A stretch of DNA of 61,668 nt from Mizuhopecten yessoensis. Its lineage: Eukaryota. Below, piece after piece: positions 1 through 12,094 of the stretch; positions within the stretch are counted from its first letter, which is position 1, and each line of letters begins with the position of its first letter. The notes below the pieces were generated by a model. It was not told where the DNA came from. It searched no databases and saw only the letters and a list, made by a program, of their open reading frames with translations. The translations under genes and the position numbers were made by a program. Where the stretch lies: positions 356,358-418,025 of the forward strand of contig NW_018408021.1 of the NCBI RefSeq assembly GCF_002113885.1. The letters are read 5' to 3'.

Positions 1-1366
1 CCAACATTTTCTTAGGTGGGTAACCATACAATTGAACGTCGAACTTGAAACACTGAGCCAATCACTGCTCCTATTTGTGTTATTTGACTTGTGTTCAGAA
101 TGCAATTTTATATTCGAAGTATTTTAAGGTCAGAAACAATTTGTTTTGTTTTGGTTTTAAATGTTTTGTTTGGTTTTAAACTTTTGGTTTGGTCAAAATT
201 CAAATAAATAGCTTACGTCACCCAATGCTTGCCCATTACCTATAACGGGAATAGTCCTTGGCGGTACACGATAGGATGGCTTCACATAGTTTGCTTTGAT
301 AGCTTCAGTATCCGTACGCACTCTAGTTAGGTGATAGGTTATGACAAAACATACGACTGCAAACAGAAGATAAGGTTTTCATTTGCTAAAAGTAATGGAG
401 TGATGACTGACTGATTTAGATGTATGGCCACCATCTGGACATCGTTTTTTTCTGTAGTCAGAGACGGCTCTCCCTATGGGAATAGGGCAATCTACATACA
501 GATACATCTGAACCCTATCCGCTCTTGTGCGTTTCACTCAATCACGGGGCACCTGATGGAATCAGTACAAATATACATAGTGAGTCGGGAATAGTTGGCT
601 GTTTATTTAAACACCTTATACAGCAACAAAGAAACTCGCATACCATTTTATTACGACGCAGTTTTATTAGCTAAGTGACACGTACAGCTATAAAGAACTG
701 TTACCCGAGTGTTATCCAGTGGCCATGTGGTCTGAAAGATCAAAATACATAAGTAAAGTTGGTTACTTCAAGACCACATGCGTTGCAGAACATGTCATCA
801 AATAAACTCTCAACACTAAGCTGAAGCGTGATATTACCAAGTAAGATTGTACAAAGCGACGAAGTAAATAGATAGGAGAACAAAATATAAGGGTTCAAAA
901 TGATGTGATTGATATAGCAGATTTATTTTGATTTAAGTCTCGAAGCAGAGGACCTTCAATAAAATCCATAAATCGGGAGGGGTCTCCTGCACTTGTCGCC
1001 TCTTGTAAATCATAATGAAAGTAGTCTTACGGAAATATAGTGAACCACAAGTTTAAGTATTTTCAAAATATCTAAAATGGGAATGAAAGTGATCCAACAG
1101 AATGTAAATGACGAAATATTGATTTCAACTACTTTTTGATGCATCATGTTCTACAAAGCTTAGTACAATGCTAAACAAATCTCTGTACCAATAACACAAC
1201 TTTGGTTAATTCAATTATGATCTTTTGAAATTGAGAAAACTTTTAGATGATACATTTCCATGTAAACAAAATTCAAAATTGATGTAATCCGTGGTTATTT
1301 ATGTAACAAAACCATAAATCGAATTTTGTATAATATTTGTTATATCTCTTATGGAAATAAAGACAC

Positions 1367-1611
1367 TTACTTTGGTTTTGCTTCACAAATTGCTCCGCGT
1401 GATAACGTGCATTCGTTATCATTCCAATGAACGTAGATGTTTAGCTCCAGGCAATGTTGGTGTCTGTGCAAATTATTCGGTTCGTCCTCGCCCCACGCAC
1501 AGAAATTGTTAGACCTACCACAAGGGGGCATGGGAAGAGGTGTATTGTCTTCTATCCAAACCCAAGTGTTGTTTTTGTCTATATCTGTACCTCCTATCCA
1601 AAACGATACAC
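1367..1611 (-). CDS. C-type lectin exon 4 (carbohydrate-binding loop, EPN/WND)
   Basis: VSFWIGGTDIDKNNTWVW...WGEDEPNNLHRHQHCLELNIYVHWNDNECTLSRGAICEAKPK*. Confidence 0.92.
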
Positions 1612-4600
1612 CTGTAAAGTTAGAGTCTACTTTATGTGTTAAAACATGAAATGAAATTTGTAGAATGTGCGAGTGTGTTAGGTGAATGTACGAGTGTGTT
1701 AGGTGAATGAACGAGTGTGTTAGGGGAATGTACGAGTGTGTTAGGTGAATAAAGAGTTTGTTAGGTGAATGTACGGGTGTGTAAGGTGAATGTATGAGTG
1801 TATTAGGTGAATGTACGAGTGTGTTAGGTGAATGTACGAGTGTGTAAGGTGAATTGAGTGTATTAGGTGAATGTGTACGAGTGTGTAATGCGATTTTACG
1901 AGTGTGTTAGGTGAATGTACGAGTGTGTTAGGTGAATAAAGAGTTTGTTAGGTGAATGTACGAGTGTGTAAGGTGAATGTATGAGTGTATTAGGTGAATG
2001 TACGAGTGTGTAAGGTGAAGGTATGAGTGTATTAGGTGAATGTGCGAGTGTGTAAGGTGAAGGTATGAGTGTATTAGGTGAATGTACGAGGGTGTTAGGG
2101 GAATAAAGAGTTTGTTAGGTGACTGTACGAGGGTGTAATGTGATTTTACGGGTGTGTTAGGGGAATGTACGAGTGTGTTATGTGAATGTATGAATATATT
2201 AGGTGAATGTATGAATATAATAGGTGAATGTACGAGTGTGTAAGGTGAATAAAGAGTTTGTTAGGTGACTGTACGAGTGTGTAATGTGATTTTACGGGTG
2301 TGTTAGGTGAATGTACGAGTGTGTTAGGTGAATGTACGAGTGTGCTAGGTGACTGTACGAGTGTGTAATGTGATTTTATGAGTGTGTTAGGTGAATGTAC
2401 GAGTGTGTTAGGTGAATGAACGAGTGTGTAAGGTGAATACAGAGTTTTTTTGTGACTGTACGAGTGTGTAATGTGATTTTTCGAGCGTGTAATGTGATTT
2501 TACGAGTGTGTAAGGTGACTGTACGAGTGTTGTAGGTGAATATACGAGTATGTAAGGTGAATGTACGAGTGTGTTAGGTGAATGATGTAGTGGTTAATGC
2601 ATGCATCGGGCAAAACGAGCGTAAGCGTAGTATACATTAGATTCACGTTCTTTTTCAGAGGAAACAAATGTTTGCCGAGTACAGAAAACTTCATTTTTTT
2701 CTGTTTTGTTTTTGTTTTACGGCACAAATGTAGCTCCAGGTTGTTTATTTTGACCAATATTATCAACGCTATTGATACAATTCGTCAAATGGTCTCGTGA
2801 AACTATCATATTGAGATGCCGATATACAAAAGTGTAAGTATGAAAGAGGCATTTATATCATTTGTAATATCACAAACTTTATCAGACCTATACTTGTAAG
2901 CATACATGTACCACAATACCGCTTGTACTGTACACACCAGAACATGTTACAGCTTGTTCCGAATTATTCTGACGATTTATCGACTTTTTTATATCGGTCT
3001 GTCGTCGATTTACGTCTGAACTCCGGCCCTCTATAATATGCGGGAATTAAGCGACCGCGCCTGGGTCGCTCTTCGAACTGATATTTTAGTAACAAATCGT
3101 CACCTTCACCCACATGTCGCACATGGATCGAAAGAAACAAAACGTCAGAATAATTCGGACTAGTTACAGTTTTTGTCTAACTAATAACAACTTCTGTCTC
3201 CAGGACGGACCATATCAAAGTCTTTGAAAATAGCAGTTGCTATTCCCTACTTAACGTCTAGCATTTAGGGGATGGTAACTTCTGATTCACCCGGAATAAT
3301 GTGACCGGGTGGAATGCTGTGCTGGGTGCCTTCGGCATGGTATTTCAGTGAGATAGCACTATACAGTTGGCAACATAACCGCTCTATCACTAGGAGGCAG
3401 GTACACCAACATACCATGTATTCGTCATACATGCACACCTCTTCAACACACATGGAGGCACGTCCTTAAAGGACCAACTTTGTTGATTGGACACTAAACA
3501 AAATGAAATTAACCAAACTAAAATAACTCAAATGTCTGGATATTTATCGTCTTTATGTTTTAGATTTGCCGTTTTTAAATCGTTTTTGATGTTATAAACA
3601 GCTTAGGTCATTTCAGTACGTGCCTCCATGTGTGTTATGTATTCATGCATGTGTGATGGTGTGATCGAGGCAAAGCTACCGTATATTGGTTTGATTGCCT
3701 CCTTTCGATAACGCGGATCTGATGCCGGCTTTATAGTGCTACTTCACTAAAATATAATACCAAAGGCACCTAGCATAGCATTCAGCCCGATCTCATTTTA
3801 CTGACGAACAAACTGTTGCCATTACCCTAAGTGCTTAACACTGCACGTGCACTTTCAATGACTGGGCATTATATTAATGAGTCATTCGGCGATTGGTCAA
3901 TGAAAGAAAAATATAGTAGAATGAGGGCAAATGAAAGGTGCGAGCTGGAATTTTAAACAAAATGACATATAACAATCAACAAGGTTAAATACAAAATTGT
4001 AAATCTTTTAAACAAAAGTGGCTATATCTATATCTATTTAAACAGACCAACTGTTTTTAAGTGGTTTAGAATTTTTATGTATATATTTATTCTATTATTT
4101 GAAAGTGTTAAATTGTATATTATATATACATTGTAGCTGAACAATTTGTGGTAAAAAATATAATATCAGTCGTCCAAATTAGTCGTTTAATAATAATCTT
4201 TTATTATATGTATTCGTAGTCGAATTGTGTCATAAGTTGGAGAATCTCGGTAAGTTTAATTGGATGCAAACATGTGACTAGCAAGGCAAGTTGATGTGCC
4301 AACTTTATTACCTTTATAACCATAAGTGTTTTCACATAACCAATGCAACTCGCATGAAAGGTTTTTAAATTACTCATTTCCCTGTCTATAACTGGTCTAA
4401 TAAAGCATAGTTTTAAAAATATCCATTAGCATACGTCGCCTCTGCACTTCTGCCTCAAGAAATGAATTCTCTGCTGCGTTGTTAACTGTCGCCAAATGTC
4501 CATCAACATCAATACAGTGTTGCTGAAAAAGAAATATGCATCGATACACACGGACAATTACAAAGGTTTACTATTAAAGCTAAAGGGGAAAACTTGTTTG

Positions 4601-7204
4601 ACAACGGTTTCGTTTCTTCGCAATAGCCAAGGTCGTATGAGGGCGGATAGGGCCGCACAGAGCAGCTTTCAAAAGTTATCTCAATCTCAATAAATCGTCC
4701 AACAACCGGTGAAGGAGATGTGCTTACAGGGTTTCTTGAGCACAAATGAAGGTTTCAAGGCCAAACTCCATAAAACTAAGCGAATCGTTCTTCATGTATA
4801 ACGTTTACTTAGCTATGAAAATCAATCGAACAGTGAAGAAAAAGTTTCGCTTAAAAGGTTTTTGGAGCCAAACTGTAAAGTTTCAAGGGCGAAATCCAAC
4901 AAACGGTTCATAGTTTCTTGAGAAGAAATAACAGTCTCGATGACCATATATAACCCTAAAAAATCAAAATCCCCAAATGCCCTTCGTCATGCACATCTTC
5001 ATATGATTTACCTTCGCTGTGCCAAGTAACGTAAAATAAAAATAAAACAAACAAAAAGAAAGGACGACTTTCTCTCTACGGTTCGCTTTGCTTCTTTTTG
5101 GCAAACACAAGCGCTATTTGTTTAGTGTGTGCCTTGATTTGCCGATGTTCTTCAACGTCTTTGTTACAGCTTAGGTCATACCAAGATTGGTGAAGAAAAT
5201 TGTCAGCTTATCAGATGACAATGCAGACAACATCCATATTCTGCAAAATGTTCCATTATAGTCGGCTTTCGAAAAATACATTGGGATACAGCAGGAATAT
5301 TGTATTCCCCAACCGTACAGGTGTTGTTTGTTCCGAAGTTTTATATTCAAAATAACGTGATATTGTGAGCAAAGTAGATCATTTCAAGTGTGGTAACAAC
5401 TCTTGGAATGGTATTTTCAACAATTTGCCTTTCAGATGGCTTTTTGTAACATAAGCTGAAATGATGTTACTTACCATGTGTTCGACCCATGTCTCAGACG
5501 AAGTGACAAAGAGGTAACATGATTGTTCATACTGTATCCAACCATCACGACACTTTGCAATAGCTAAATGAATGGAATATGTATGTCAACATATCAACAG
5601 TAATATAACGAGAAGGCATAATTTACACACCATTTATTTTTTGGGAAAATATGTTTGACAGTTAAAGGTGAAATAATTTTCCTGGAGCAACAAATCATAA
5701 GAGATATTGAAAAGTAAGGTGTTAGTTACTTCCTTTCTTAACGGAAGGCAATGCTTAAGTTATATCGGACCCTGAAAAAATAATTAGGTGCACTATCAAA
5801 ACATCACACCAGGTCATGTCGGAATACGTGGAAACGAGAAAGTCACAGTCAAATATTTTATCAATGAATGCAATAGTTTGACACAAATCCCTGAACGATT
5901 CTTCAATATTGAACCATCGGTGAATGAAAATTTTATTTGATTCAGTTGTTGATCCATTATAATAAGTATATGATTATTAACACTTAATTGATTTGTACAG
6001 TAAGATTTGTTACATTTTACAAGCAATTCGTATGATGCTTGTTTATTTTTACACCAACATATTTAATTCTTGTTTGATGTACTCTTTTCAGTTAACATCT
6101 TATTTTTAATGATGTTGTTTGCCTAAAAATGACTCCCATTGTCGACGGTCGTACGCTCACAGTGATATGTTGATACAAACATATTTTCATATCAGGCACG
6201 TTAGAGTATCTGTCTTGAATCTTACTATATCGGCACTGTTGATCAATAGGTGAGGCACTATCATATGTTCGTTACATGGATAACAAAAGGGCTTATCATC
6301 TCGCCACGAAACCTTCGCAAAGTTGTGAGAGGACAATGTCTTCTCTACGGTCTTCTGTGATAGCGAGTTTTGTCCAAGATTGGATTGAATGGCAACAATT
6401 TTTTGATATCAACTGACGATCTCCTTTGGCAGTTACATTTGATGCAAAATGGCAAAATTAGGTTTTAAAAGAGATTTATTGATTTGTAACTTAAGTGTTG
6501 TTTTTGCACATAAGTTTGGATTAATTGATACCAAAATTACCTTACACCATGCAATCCTTGTAAGTGAGAAATATTTATTTATAAGTTGCCTTTAATTAAT
6601 AGCACAGCAATAATGATGAGGTCACAGTTACAAAACGTAAGTCCCTAAAAGGACGCTGAATGAATAACAAGTTTTTTTCAAAATTTGCATTTTATGGCAG
6701 ATGTAATGCCAAGTTTCAATTGTGGATGCATCTCATCATTCATACATGTGTGTTAGTCTGCACCTAAATACATGTGTCGATAGTGGGACCAGGATTGCGA
6801 AATGACCCGCCTTCATAATCCTCATTTATTAAAACGAGTATTTATCCGTGTTTGTTGCACTTCCATCTTACGAATCTATCATCTGCATGGTTAATTTATT
6901 GCAGATTATACTGGTACAAGCTGAAATGTTGGAGAAGTAAAGCCACTCTTCTCTGGTGAGAGCAAAAATATCAATTCAATACAAACACGTAGCACATTCG
7001 GTAAAGGTATTTTTTACGGTAGACACAATCTACATACCTGTCCCGTATCGGTGACAAAACTGAACAGAAAGCGGTTAGAGATACAGCTTGTAATCGGGCA
7101 AACTTTTCAAAGGCAAAGACACATATCTTACCTTCCGTATGATGCCATCCCAAACCAAATATAACAAACTTCAACGCCAGAAATGTAAAATGGAGTCTAG
7201 CCAT
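1367..7204 (-). CDS. Secreted single-domain C-type lectin (perlucin-like), 4 exons, 164 aa
   Basis: Exons 7204-7132, 5563-5475, 4522-4435 and 1611-1367 join in frame through GT-AG introns (495 nt). Protein: signal peptide MARLHFTFLALKFVIFGLGWHHTEA, then CRDGWIQYEQSCYLF, CIDVDGHLATVNNAAENSFL, FWIGGTD, WVW, WGEDEPNN, HCLEL, WNDNEC, ICE = canonical CTLD motifs. Confidence 0.92.
1663..2583. repeat. Minisatellite, ~21-bp unit GAATGTACGAGTGTGTTAGGT, in lectin intron 3
   Basis: Roughly 40+ tandem degenerate copies visible directly. Confidence 0.95.
2958..3161. mobile_element. MITE-like element with TIRs TCCGAATTATTCTGACG / CGTCAGAATAATTCGGA
   Basis: 17-bp terminal inverted repeats; homologous copy at ~57269-57450. 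Confidence 0.75.
3255..3520 (+). mobile_element. SINE-family fragment (same family as 14695-15230)
   Basis: Shares ATAATGTGACCGGGTGG core and GGAGGCACGTCCTTAAA 3' block with the other copies. Confidence 0.65.
3570..3840 (-). mobile_element. SINE-family fragment, tail-to-tail with 3255-3520
   Basis: CAGCTTAGGTCATTT...TTATAGTGCTACTTCACT blocks shared with the family. Confidence 0.65.
4435..4522 (-). CDS. C-type lectin exon 3
   Basis: TTTTCAG acceptor, QHCIDVDGHLATVNNAAENSFLEAEVQRR, GTATG donor. Confidence 0.9.
5475..5563 (-). CDS. C-type lectin exon 2
   Basis: TTTAG acceptor, IAKCRDGWIQYEQSCYLFVTSSETWVEHM, GTAAGT donor. Confidence 0.92.
7132..7204 (-). CDS. C-type lectin exon 1 (signal peptide)
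   Basis: ATG at 7204, hydrophobic stretch, G|GTAAG donor in phase 1 matching exon 2. Confidence 0.8.
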
Positions 7205-10200
7205 GTCTGGATGAAGGATATCAGGGACGGGCGTACATGTACTAAATGTCTGAAGGACGCACATTGAGATAAGATCATGCTCATTGTAAAGTCAAAAGAT
7301 AAAATTGTTTGTACTGAGCGAACTTTTGGCTTTTATGAAATACAATGTTTTTTTCATCGCATGATATATTTAGGTTAAGCTCTATTAACGTTTCAATACA
7401 TAATCTTAATGCAATTACAATGTGCTTTTAGCAGATAACTACATGTGTTGTTTGCAATTTAACCGTATTTTGATATCAATGTGTAAACTAAAGAGCAAAC
7501 CGCTAATAGAAACAACGTTTTGGGAACGCACATAGATAATATCTATGTCACATTTTATTAACGGAAGATAAGCCTTATTTACAGACATGGGACGACCTTT
7601 TTAATTCGACAAATTTTAACAAGCGTGTTTCGGCTTTATCTGTAATAAATACTTATTTGCAGAATCCAGTGTTTTCTTTTTGTCTTCTGCTAAGAGAACA
7701 CTGAAGAAATCAAAATTGACCTCCCTTTTGCAAGGACATTTAACAAACAAACAAACATAGAAAATGCTTTTAATGAAGATTATTTCATGAACTGAATTAT
7801 TGTTTTTTGTAATAATTCCTTTATTGTGACAGCATAAAGATACGTTTTTCCCCTATTTCATTTAAAGGTGTGTTTGTATTTGTCACTCATCTATATCTGT
7901 TTTGTTAAAGTATTGTTCTACGGTTTATATTTAATTTGAGTTATATGGGCCTGACGATACATATACCATCGAACAAGACGTTCACAAACAAGGAATACAT
8001 AAAGAGTGTTTTTATAAAATGCGAAAATCAATTAAAGTCAACATTTGTAGCATGATAATTACAACTTCTGGTAAAATTCAATTAACGATTTTGAATTTGT
8101 TTAGTCTTAACGGGGTCCTTGGCACAAGGTCAATTTTGGCATTCAGAGTAAAAAAGAAATTCAAAAGTCGATACCAACTTTAAACGCAAAGAAAATGTTA
8201 AAATTGGCAAGATGTAAATAGCGAAATTGTTGAAGTAGTATTAATAGTATAGTATAATGTAACGGCCCATTTCCTGTTTGCACAAGGCAAATATTTGTCA
8301 TTTGTTTCATGTTTGTACATTAACATAAATATCACGAACCTATTTCAGATCTCAACATGTGAACATGTAATGTTCAACAGTATATGGAGGTATACAAACC
8401 AAGTAAGGTAAGCAAGTTAGCAAGTGTGGATGACTAATATATGTATGCCTCATTATGTTTCGGACCAAAACTAAATATCATTTTCTAATTTGTTTTATGA
8501 AAATAACACCGTTTACCTAATATATAAAATGACTTAACATAATTAACTCAGAATATGTATTGATGGAGAATGCTTTGTATTTGACATCTTTTGTGAGAAC
8601 CTCAACATCCTATAGGGGAAAACAAAATTTCGGTATTTTTCTTTCATCTTTTCGACTTATATTTTGACAAAAAATATATGAACATAATATGGTTGCCAAT
8701 TCAACTTTAGTATCCTTCAGAAACGGTCTTAAAACAAAACTATGACAAAATCTAGCGATGACGGGTTTAGCGTGTGTTGTCGGTTACTGCCAGGCTTGTA
8801 TCATTTCACAGAGTTTGTTAATGAAATACGTAAACATAGCATCATCAAGATAAAACTCGGAAGGAGTAGAGAACGTATTGAGTTATTGGATACATTGGTG
8901 AAGATTGAATATTACCGTATATATATATATATATATATAGATCTCTATAATAAATCCACAGACAAGCTGATGTTTGTCGGAATGACACCTATCAACCGGT
9001 CCCCACCAAGAAGAATATTGCATTCGGTCTCGAACTTATGTTACAGCGTATCTGTGATAAGGATGAAGACAACGATAAGTATAGAGCAGGGCTCGAATCC
9101 CAGCTACGAAAGTGTGGTTAATACAGAGAGTAGAGGGGACCAAGGGAGAGAATCCTCAGGCAAATATGATCCGAAAAGAAGCATCGGGAAGTGTACCTAT
9201 GTTGTTACGTTTTCAAAACATTTACCCAATGTATCCTGTCTAATAAGGAATCATCACCATATACTACAGAAGTGAAGACGCCTAAATTCAATCTTTCATC
9301 AACCACCTTTGGTAGTGTTTCAGGGGAGGAAACACTTTTTAGTGATGTGCTTGTAGATGACAAGACAAACAAAATTGTCAACGAAAATGTATCTGTTGTT
9401 GCTTTGCTTGAAGATAAATCATTAATTTCCTGGTCAGTAACACTACTCGCATTTCAAATTACAGCTCGGTAGAGTATGGATAGTGTACTTACAGAAATAC
9501 ATGTTCTACCTAATGTTTGGTATGCAGAAAATGATTGTTTGGTTGTATATGTGGATGAGACAGAACGCTCGTTAGAAGAACGGTTCGAAAAACCTGTGAG
9601 AGACGTCACACTGAAGGCAAAAAAAGTATATACATCAATAGGCTGATGAGAGAGAGACCTGACTCTCGACATTGTGTTGACGTCTTGTGATTCTGACGTC
9701 GTGCTTTTATGTCGTCATAGATTTAAAGAGATAATGTGACGTCTCAATTTTGTACGTCATTTCCGCTATCAATGAAGCAAAATAGATGTAACTTGATTCA
9801 ATTGCTAGCTTTCGCAACTGAAGCAGGCCAGGAGGCCGAATTATTGGGACTTAGAGTGACAATTGTTTTATCATTTTCCATCTACGGAAATCAACGGTTA
9901 TTTAAAATTGTTTGTTTGTTCAAAAAGATATGATCATCCCTAAACAACTTTACTTTTGAAGATGGCATTTGTCTTTAACCATTTTGTTTGTTTTATGTCG
10001 TTTCTGTTAATACATCTACCTTTAATTGGCCCTAATACCTACCCATTTTTGGCCTCAACGCATCTACAGTGTTAATAGGCCGTTGGAAATGAAATAACCA
10101 ACTAACTGTTGTCAAATGACTGACGTTGGAGATATGGGTTCAAGTTGACCACCGTATATTTTACTTAGCTGAGACACGAAATACAGGACACTTTAACTTT

Positions 10201-11863
10201 TAAAAAGCTGAGAAAATTAAGATCGTTTATTTTCATTTGGACCGTCGTATTCGATAAACCTTTGTGTGTCGCTTCGACATGCAGCAAGTTACAGCAGTTA
10301 AATATTTTCGCAGAACTCTCCAGCAGGTTCAGGGATTCACTGCTTTTTTCCAATGTAAACGGGACAGGTGAATATGCGTAGAAGTAATTAAATATAACTA
10401 ATTAAACAGGTGCATGATATCCTCATCGAGGTAAACAATATTTTATTGATAACTGTAACTGAGGTATTGATTAATTGATTAGATTGGTCAGACTGCAACT
10501 ATAATTTCCAATTGTTCTAACGTCCTATAACGGTGCATACTGACACTCACAAGCATGGAAGAGTTGGCTCCCTTCCTACCGGTGAATCGCCGTTACAATA
10601 GACATCATTTGAACATTTCATGCATCTGTTTGTCCTTTTGATAAGTTGAGCTACTCTGTTATTCTAATGGTACTGCTCTAGTTTTGGTTTAGATTTAAAG
10701 GGACAATTTAGTGTAAGTTTTTTTATAACCTTGTCAAATAAATCTTCATGATTATGTAGTTTGATACTCCCTATGAACAATTGATGTCGAGGCATTGACA
10801 AGAGACAATTTTTTCTTGGCGTTTTTATTCAGTAGAAATCCTTAACTGTACAGCCGTATGTTTTAGCGGCATCTGTCTGTGAATTTCTATCTAACAAAAA
10901 TGTCTTTCCAGCTGAGGAGAGAAGGTGACTTCTGATTTTATTCGCATAGCCTCTCTGAATGCATATATTCTGAATCAAAATCATCTTCCATTAACATATA
11001 AAACATCGTTAGAAATGAGTGGTCTGTTGTACGTTTAAACCTATTGATATCGTACTTTCTGTGGATTGAAATTTTCCCTGCGGCACCCTCTCAGTGCGTG
11101 CATGCTCTGATTGAACCTGTTTGTTTTTATTCAAATCCAAATGTGAACAGAAATATCTGATTAAAGGTTTATATTTTTGAAACTTATAAGTACAACAATG
11201 TGATACAAATGTAAGTGTGAACTAAGACTCAAAACTGACACTGTGTTGTCGGTCGACAGCGTAGTGCTGTACATGCTTACTTCTCATTGAAAGGCCCGGT
11301 TATCGCGCTATTTCGGTCGTAGCTATTTTCACCACCGGTTTTCCGAAAAGATGAAACTGACCACACTGGACGGCGGCTTCAGGTCATATCATTATCAACT
11401 ATGTAAACTTTTGTTAGGAGATATACATTTTCAGTATCGACTATTTTTCAGGTAATCAAAAAACTTTCTTCATTAAATAAAAAAGTATAATCCAACGTGA
11501 CCAGTGTTTACTGATGGGAAGTGGGTGTTTTGGGCCACTTTCCTTCAGTAAACCTACTGAAATACTGATCAATACTTTTTTGTTCATTGTTTGTCACGCT
11601 TCAGGTCTCAACACTTCAATTTGTGTTAGATACATGTACATGTACTTGTTTTCGTGTCTGTCATGATGATCAGTATCGTTATTTCTAAAAGTTGAAAAAC
11701 GAGCCAATTCGTTAAAATTGAATGAGGACAATTAAGAATGTCCTGATCTATTTAAAGAAAACTGAAACCGTTGGAAAATCTGAATGGTACATTTGCACGC
11801 AATTCAAGACGGAGACCGTAATACTGTGGAAAGCTGACGTTTTATTTTACTGATCATGCACAC

Positions 11864-12094
11864 TTAAAGAAAGCTGTGGTAGAATGGTGGCGCTGGAAGG
11901 TCAGTGTCCCGTCCGTAAACTGCGCACTGTTTGAATACACAGGGACTTTCCCGCCACGCATACCGAACTGCAGCTACGGTCACGTGGCCACACTGACTTG
12001 TGTTTAGAGTGACAGATGCCACATTGTGTGATATCATTGGTGCAGGTTTCCAATTTCCGGTGTTTTGATTACAATGCGCTGCTGAACAGCATAC
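11864..12094 (-). CDS. SIAE: SIAE-A exon 9
   Basis: VCCS...WKPA...VRYAWRESPCVFKQCAVYGRDTDLPAPPFYHSFL*. Confidence 0.95.
   Translation of the reverse strand, partial: VCCSAAHCNQNTGNWKPAPMISHNVASVTLNTSQCGHVTVAAVRYAWRESPCVFKQCAVYGRDTDLPAPPFYHSFL

Noticed and set aside
1437-1649. Plus-strand ORFs of 70 and 62 aa
   Set aside because: Antisense shadows of lectin exon 4.
8742-9472. Plus-strand ORFs of 177 and 93 aa as genes
   Set aside because: No recognisable domain, the first crosses a (TA)n microsatellite, and no supporting exon structure.
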